From positions 1 to 29,979 of the IMG/VR virus record IMGVR_UViG_3300020044_003383: DNA of 29,979 nucleotides; one strand, written 5' to 3'. The stretch's first letter is position 1; each line of letters starts with the position of its first letter. This document shows, piece after piece, positions 25,298 through 29,979 of the stretch. The notes under the pieces were generated by a model that was not told the origin of the DNA, made no database searches, and saw only the letters and a list, made by a program, of their open reading frames with translations. Both the position numbers and the translations under genes were made by a program. Source of the DNA: a virus. Lineage: Duplodnaviria > Caudoviricetes.

Positions 25298-25615
25298 ATG
25301 ACAAATTACAATTGGACAATTTCAGCGATGGAATGCTTAAAAAAAGATAACGATTTAAACGATGTTGTTATAACAATACATTGGCGATACAATGCAGAAA
25401 AAGAAGGTTTCAACGCTGAAACTTATGGTGCAACTTCAATGCCTTTGCCAACTGGTGAAGAATTTACACCTTATGAAGAATTAACAAAAGACCAAGTTGT
25501 TGGCTGGTTAGTTTCTGAATTAGACGTTGATGCAATGAATGAAAATTTAAATGCACAAATTGATTTGTTAATCAATCCAATTAACGTAACTTTACAACCA
25601 CCATTCGAAAACTAA
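25298..25615 (+). CDS. Fibre-associated small acidic protein (possible fibre chaperone)
   Basis: Follows the fibre gene; FTPYEELTKDQVVGW motif. Confidence 0.55.
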   Translation: MTNYNWTISAMECLKKDNDLNDVVITIHWRYNAEKEGFNAETYGATSMPLPTGEEFTPYEELTKDQVVGWLVSELDVDAMNENLNAQIDLLINPINVTLQPPFEN

Positions 25616-25641
25616 TTAATTAATAAATAAACTTTAAAATT

Positions 25642-25785
25642 ATGGAAACCAAACAAGCAATTGAAATTTTAGTACAAGTCGCACATTTAGCGCAAAAAGC
25701 TGGATTGTTGGCATTAGCCGACGCGGTTCACGTTGCACAAGCGATTGAAACATTAACACCAGAAACGGAAGAAAAATCTGAATAA
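25642..25785 (+). CDS. Small helical protein, 47 aa (not in ORF track)
   Basis: METKQAIEILVQVAHLAQKAGLLALADAVHVAQAIETLTPETEEKSE; good A-rich start context. Confidence 0.7.
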   Translation: METKQAIEILVQVAHLAQKAGLLALADAVHVAQAIETLTPETEEKSE

Positions 25786-25788
25786 AAA

Positions 25789-26208
25789 ATGAAATCTATT
25801 TTAAATTATATTCTTGTTTCTTTTTTTCTTTTTTTTGCACCAATAAAAGGACTTCTTATTGCGGTCGGTATTGCAATTGCACTTGACACAATATTTGGTA
25901 TTTTTAAAGCAATTAGAATCAAAGAAGAAATCACGTCAAGACGAATGTCAAACATTGTGTCAAAATTTGTTCTTTACGAAATGGCAATTTTACTATTGTT
26001 TGCAATGGACAAATTTTTGCTTGGCGAGTTTTTCAAGATATGGTTTGAAATAGATAATTTTTTTACAAAAGTAGTTGCAATAATTTTGATATTTATTGAA
26101 ATGACTTCAATAAAAGAAAATTTCGAAGTTGCATTCAATGTGAATATTTGGAAACTTTTAAAAACCACAATTCAACGTGCTAAATACATAAAGAATGAAA
26201 TTGAATAA
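25789..26208 (+). CDS. Holin
   Basis: Three hydrophobic segments with D...G...A, ITSRRM and E..SI.EN motifs; directly upstream of the endolysin. Confidence 0.85.
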   Translation: MKSILNYILVSFFLFFAPIKGLLIAVGIAIALDTIFGIFKAIRIKEEITSRRMSNIVSKFVLYEMAILLLFAMDKFLLGEFFKIWFEIDNFFTKVVAIILIFIEMTSIKENFEVAFNVNIWKLLKTTIQRAKYIKNEIE

Positions 26209-26644
26209 TGAAGGATATCAACTTATAACAAAACACGAAGGACTTGTTTTAAAGCCTTATTTGTGTCCAGCGAAAGTTCCGACAATTGGATATGGTAACA
26301 CCTATTATGAAGACGGAAAACGTGTTACATTGTTAGACAAACCAATTACAAAAGAACGTGCATTTGAAATGTTCAAAGAAATTGCTGACCGATTCGCAAA
26401 AGCCGTGTCGCAAAGCGTTGTTTCTGACTTAAATCAAAGACAATTCAATGCGTTGGTTTCTTTTGCTTACAATGTAGGTGTTGCAAACTTTAAAAAATCT
26501 ACATTATTAAGAATAGTAAATGCAAATCCAAACGACAAACAAATTGAAAATGAATTTAGAAAATGGACAAAAGCAAATGGCAAAGTTTTATCTGGACTTG
26601 TCAAACGTCGTCAAGACGAATCGAACTATTATTTTTCAATATAG
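26195..26644 (+). CDS. Endolysin, GH24 lysozyme
   Basis: HEG...PYLCPAKVPTIGYG, QFNALVSFAYNVG, W.K.NGK.L.GL..RR..E. Confidence 0.95.
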   Translation: MKLNNEGYQLITKHEGLVLKPYLCPAKVPTIGYGNTYYEDGKRVTLLDKPITKERAFEMFKEIADRFAKAVSQSVVSDLNQRQFNALVSFAYNVGVANFKKSTLLRIVNANPNDKQIENEFRKWTKANGKVLSGLVKRRQDESNYYFSI

Positions 26645-26885
26645 GGACATTATTTATATTATTGTAATAGTTTTATTGTTATTATTTAGAAGTAGTCGCA
26701 AAACGCAAGAAAACGACATCATTCAAAGCGAAAAGAAAATTGATTCAATTGAAAAAGAAATAATTCAGACAAAATCGAATATTATAAAATATGAAGAAGT
26801 TAAAATTGATTTTGTTGATACTATTCAACGTGATGACATCGAAAAGTTTTTCGCAAAAAGATACAATAATAAAAATTCCAATTGA
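26577..26885 (+). CDS. Putative i-spanin (Rz-like); start 26520-26577 uncertain
   Basis: Single TM segment (IIYIIVIVLLLLF) followed by a coiled coil; overlaps the endolysin and the next gene. Confidence 0.55.
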   Translation: MAKFYLDLSNVVKTNRTIIFQYRDIIYIIVIVLLLLFRSSRKTQENDIIQSEKKIDSIEKEIIQTKSNIIKYEEVKIDFVDTIQRDDIEKFFAKRYNNKNSN

Positions 26886-27210
26886 TTACGCAAGAAATAT
26901 TGTAAAAGAATTACTTCAGTTTGACGCTTGCAAAGACCAAGTAAAAAAACAAAGTGATTTAATTGGTTTATTTGAACTAAAACAAATCGAACAAAACAAT
27001 ATTATTGATAATCAAAGAAAATTATTGATTGACAAATACAGATTTTCGCAAAATGTTGGTGGTTCCTGGTTTTTAAATACACCTTATTTGTTCACAAACT
27101 TAAATTTTGGTACTTCAAAAATCAATTTTGCACTTCAAATGAACGTACCATTTACAGAAAAACCGCACTTTGCAATTTTATTTTCTTATAATTTGTGGAA
27201 AACTAAATAA
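26791..27210 (+). CDS. Secreted/outer-membrane protein at the o-spanin position
   Basis: Signal peptide ending SFS-Q, a coiled coil, four amphipathic C-terminal beta strands; 95-nt overlap with the Rz-like gene. Confidence 0.55.
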   Translation: MKKLKLILLILFNVMTSKSFSQKDTIIKIPIDYARNIVKELLQFDACKDQVKKQSDLIGLFELKQIEQNNIIDNQRKLLIDKYRFSQNVGGSWFLNTPYLFTNLNFGTSKINFALQMNVPFTEKPHFAILFSYNLWKTK

Positions 27211-27243
27211 AAAGTTGTATATTTCGACAATTAAAATTCACTT

Positions 27244-28365
27244 ATGGATTCAAAAATCTACTACAATGACATTGATTTTAGTTTAAATCACATTGATAAT
27301 TTAAATTTAATTGTAAAAAAACACGATTTAAAATTGTCGAGTACTGAAAAAGACACTTTGCGTTTTTACATTCGAAGACAAATCAATTCAAAAGGTATTA
27401 TTGAAGCGTGTCAAAACGTTGGAGTTGATCCAACAACTGCGCCAATGTTATGGTTGAAGACAAAAACGGAATCTGTTCGTGTTACAAACCCGTTATTTGA
27501 AAAACCCGAAGAAAAAGAATTTAAACAATTAGCCGATGCGTTGATTGAAGACTTGCAAAAATTCACACCTATATTTCCAGTATTTGAAAGGTCGTATATT
27601 AAAGACGGACATTGTCTTGTTTTAAGTCCAGCCGACATTCATATTGGAAAACTTTGCAACGAGTGGGAAACGGGCGAAAAATATAATCAAAACATTGCGG
27701 TTCAAAGAACTTTGGAAGGTGTCAAAGGTATTCTTGACAAATCTTCTGGTTTTAATATTGACAAAATTGTTTTTATTGGCGGAAATGACATTTTACACAT
27801 TGACAATCCAAAACGAACTACAACAAGCGGAACACCGCAAGACACAGACGGAATGTGGTATGAAAATTTTATGATTGCAAAGCAATTATATGTCGATGTT
27901 TTAAAAATGTTGATACCAGTTGCAGACGTTCACTTTGTTTTCAATCCATCAAATCACGACTACACAAACGGATTTTTCCTGGCTCAAGTTATTCAATCAT
28001 ATTTCAAAGATTGTATCAATATAACGTTTGACGTGTCAATTTCGCATCGTAAATATTACAAATATTACGACAATCTTATTGGTTCTACTCACGGCGACGG
28101 CGCAAAATTAGAAAATTTACCTTTGCTTATGGCTTCAGAATCAAAAGACTGGACAAATTCAAAGCACCGATATATTTACACACACCACGTTCACCATAAA
28201 ATTGCAAAAGATTTTATCGGTTGCACGATTGAAAGTCTTCGTTCACCAAGTGGAACCGATTCTTGGCATCACCGAAACGGGTATCAACACGCACCAAAAG
28301 CGATTGAGGGATTTTTACACCATAAAAACTTCGGACAAATTGCCAGATTGACGCATATTTTTTAA
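27244..28365 (+). CDS. Calcineurin-like metallophosphoesterase
   Basis: DIHIG, GNDILH, SNHD, HGD and HHVHH metal-binding motifs in canonical order. Confidence 0.85.
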   Translation: MDSKIYYNDIDFSLNHIDNLNLIVKKHDLKLSSTEKDTLRFYIRRQINSKGIIEACQNVGVDPTTAPMLWLKTKTESVRVTNPLFEKPEEKEFKQLADALIEDLQKFTPIFPVFERSYIKDGHCLVLSPADIHIGKLCNEWETGEKYNQNIAVQRTLEGVKGILDKSSGFNIDKIVFIGGNDILHIDNPKRTTTSGTPQDTDGMWYENFMIAKQLYVDVLKMLIPVADVHFVFNPSNHDYTNGFFLAQVIQSYFKDCINITFDVSISHRKYYKYYDNLIGSTHGDGAKLENLPLLMASESKDWTNSKHRYIYTHHVHHKIAKDFIGCTIESLRSPSGTDSWHHRNGYQHAPKAIEGFLHHKNFGQIARLTHIF

Positions 28366-28370
28366 TTGTT

Positions 28371-28392
28371 CTTATTTAGAATCATTATAAAT
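28371..28392. promoter_or_regulatory. Second Fur-box-like palindrome CTTATTTAGAATCATTATAAAT
   Basis: Left arm CTTATTTAGAAT is identical to 10277-10288; the 19-bp core differs at two positions. Confidence 0.6.
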
Positions 28393-28425
28393 TATCGTTT
28401 TTTTTCATCTTTTTTAATAATTTAT

Positions 28426-28455
28426 TTTGTATTAATAAAAAACGTCTTATATTTG
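28426..28455 (+). promoter_or_regulatory. Early promoter, Bacteroidota sigma-A type (TTTG-N18-TATATTTG)
   Basis: Both consensus elements are present in the intergenic gap ahead of the small early genes. Confidence 0.75.
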
Positions 28456-28485
28456 TCAAAGAAATAACAACTAAAAAAAAATATT

Positions 28486-28683
28486 ATGTTATCAAAATAA
28501 ATCGAAGAAAGAGCAATTATCTTAATACAAAACGGAGTTGAAGTATTAGAAGCGGTTAAATTAGCAATCATTGAAGAAAACAATTTTATTTCTGAAATGT
28601 TAGAGCAAACAACTGAAAGAAGTAAAAAAGCAAAAAATACAATTTGCAAAAATGTTTATGGTTTAATTCACATAAATTATTAA
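28486..28683 (+). pseudogene. First early gene, 65 codons, with in-frame TAA at codon 5
   Basis: ATG TTA TCA AAA TAA ATC GAA GAA AGA...; the frame stays open for 60 further codons, ending 2 nt before the next ATG. Confidence 0.7.
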
Positions 28684-28685
28684 TT

Positions 28686-28880
28686 ATGTTTATTTATTTT
28701 TTAGAAGTTGTTTTATCAAATGGACTTAAAAAAAGTTTTGATATTACATTGTTAGAAGCATTTCAAGAATTAAGAGATTCAAAATGCATTAGATTATATT
28801 TAAAAGACACCACATTTGATATTATTGAAGACTATCAAAAATTTGTAAATAAATTAAATAAAATAAAAACAACATTATGA
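28686..28880 (+). CDS. Early hypothetical protein (ATG 28686)
   Basis: In frame with track ORF 28644-28880; ATGA overlap downstream. Confidence 0.6.
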   Translation: MFIYFLEVVLSNGLKKSFDITLLEAFQELRDSKCIRLYLKDTTFDIIEDYQKFVNKLNKIKTTL

Positions 28881-29080
28881 AAAAATTATCACAAAAAATG
28901 TCATTAGAAAATAGAATGATTCTTTTAAATGACAAAACAGAAATGTCAAATTTTTTACTTCAGTCATTAGACGAAAAAATTTCTTGGACTGAATTAACTT
29001 TAAAAGATTGTTTTTATTTAAATCAAATATTTGATTTGGAATTGAACATCGAAAAAATTAATACTTTTTTTAATAACTAA
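28877..29080 (+). CDS. Early hypothetical protein
   Basis: 67-aa ORF, coupled to the upstream gene. Confidence 0.6.
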   Translation: MKKLSQKMSLENRMILLNDKTEMSNFLLQSLDEKISWTELTLKDCFYLNQIFDLELNIEKINTFFNN

Positions 29081-29084
29081 AATT

Positions 29085-29234
29085 ATGAAAACATTTACTA
29101 TTTTATTATTTGCTTTTATAGCATTGCACACTGAAAATTTAAGTTTGAAAATATGGATCACAATTGCGCTTGTAATTTATACCATTTACGAAATAAATAA
29201 AAACGATAACAATAACAATTTAAAATCAAATTAA
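29085..29234 (+). CDS. Small membrane protein, 49 aa (not in ORF track)
   Basis: MKTFTILLFAFIALHTENLSLKIWITIALVIYTIYEINK...; two hydrophobic segments. Confidence 0.65.
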   Translation: MKTFTILLFAFIALHTENLSLKIWITIALVIYTIYEINKNDNNNNLKSN

Positions 29235-29235
29235 A

Positions 29236-29460
29236 ATGAAACAAACAGCAGTAGAATATATAGAAAAAGCATATAGTGATGCTTCTTATAATATGATAAT
29301 TCATAAAATACAAATTCATAAAGATTTTTTACCAAATTTATTTGAAAAAGCCAAAGAAATGGAAAAACAACAGATTATTGATGCTTATGAAACAGCTGAC
29401 AAATATAAATTAGAAGTACCAGGACAACAATACTATAACGAAACATTTAAAACTAAATAA
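29236..29460 (+). CDS. Small accessory protein (MKQTAVE...AKEMEKQQI...QYYNETF type)
   Basis: 74-aa ORF in the early cluster. Confidence 0.7.
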   Translation: MKQTAVEYIEKAYSDASYNMIIHKIQIHKDFLPNLFEKAKEMEKQQIIDAYETADKYKLEVPGQQYYNETFKTK

Positions 29461-29462
29461 TT

Positions 29463-29897
29463 ATGAGCAAACAACTTTTTGAATTAATGCAAGAACAAGA
29501 ATCTTTTCCGATTCATTTCGGAAAAAAAGATTACATTTCACGAGGAAAAGAAATCGTGAATGAAGTTCTTCAGAATGGCGAAATTGACAAAATTGAATTT
29601 TGGACAAAAGTCGCAAAGATTAAAGAAACCATTAATGCAATGGATTCACAACTTCGTGAACAAATTACATTGACAGAAAAAACCACATTGAACAATGTCG
29701 AGTTCAATCCAGTTCAAGGCGGATTCGTTATTAATTACGACGATGACATCGTTTATCAAGAATTTAAGAAACAATTAAAAGAACGTGAAGAACTTTTAAA
29801 ATTAGCACAAAGAATTGACGTATTTGATGCATACGGGAACGAAGTTCCGAAAGTATCGACAACACCAAGAAAATCAAGTATAACAATTAAATTTTAA
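29463..29897 (+). CDS. Hypothetical protein preceding the SSB-like gene on the circle
   Basis: 144 aa; its 3' end is repeated at 1-39. Confidence 0.75.
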   Translation: MSKQLFELMQEQESFPIHFGKKDYISRGKEIVNEVLQNGEIDKIEFWTKVAKIKETINAMDSQLREQITLTEKTTLNNVEFNPVQGGFVINYDDDIVYQEFKKQLKEREELLKLAQRIDVFDAYGNEVPKVSTTPRKSSITIKF

Positions 29898-29979
29898 TCA
29901 AATGAGCAGACAAGCAGAATTTCAGACACAAAGTTCAAATCCTACAAAGTATTATTTTGAATGGAAATCAGACGACAAA
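29859..29979. repeat. Terminal direct repeat, right copy
   Basis: Identical to 1-121. Confidence 0.95.

Noticed and set aside
27192-27226. Possible sigma-A promoter before the metallophosphoesterase (TTTG ... TATATTTC)
   Set aside because: The -7 element mismatches TAnnTTTG and the spacing is long; too weak to call in AT-rich DNA.
28478-28494. TTATGTTA as the XerD arm of a dif site
   Set aside because: It overlaps a start codon, diverges after 8 nt, and has no XerC arm.
28498-28500. Stop-codon reassignment explaining the in-frame TAA
   Set aside because: TAA is the main terminator genome-wide, TGA and TAG also end genes (TAG at 7439, 8101, 26644), long genes are intact in code 11, and I saw no tRNA.
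1628-28649. Minus-strand ORFs in the track (e.g. 1628-1987, 16714-17124, 18279-18752) and nested plus ORFs 9276-9503, 25859-26053, 27644-27874
   Set aside because: They are shadows of well-supported + strand genes, with Ser/Phe-rich antisense composition and no motifs.
29859-29979. 121-bp terminal repeat as a biological terminal repeat (DTR)
   Set aside because: It cuts through coding sequence and its length fits an assembler k-mer overlap; the terminase looks headful-type.

Overview
The window is an apparently complete, circularly assembled tailed-phage genome of about 29,858 bp: bases 1-121 are identical to 29859-29979. It is AT-rich, and every credible gene lies on the + strand. TAnnTTTG promoters, A-rich translation starts without Shine-Dalgarno sequences and a Q-rule signal peptide point to a Bacteroidota (probably Flavobacteriia) host. 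Gene order on the circle: small early genes (28486 onward, wrapping to 1); a replication/modification block (SSB-like protein, DnaA-C-like HTH protein, primase-helicase, DNA MTase, SNF2-like helicase, VRR-NUC); ECF sigma factor; TerS and TerL; a 450-bp non-coding region with iteron-like repeats; tail genes; protease-scaffold; major capsid; tail tube; portal fused to a MuF-like domain; tail fibre; lysis cassette; metallophosphoesterase. I recognise no integrase, repressor, partition genes or DNA polymerase. The most notable observations are: (1) Fur-box-like palindromes ahead of both the early promoter and the structural operon; (2) an iteron/DnaA-box-like origin whose core module is repeated in the primase leader; (3) three late promoters at a fixed distance from ATG; (4) context-dependent avoidance of GATC and CAGG/CCTG; (5) a beta-strand-anchored, non-lipoprotein spanin-like protein; (6) a T9 -1 frameshift gene, plus two apparent lesions (split tape measure, nonsense codon in the first early gene). 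All protein calls come from motif recognition by eye, with no database searches.
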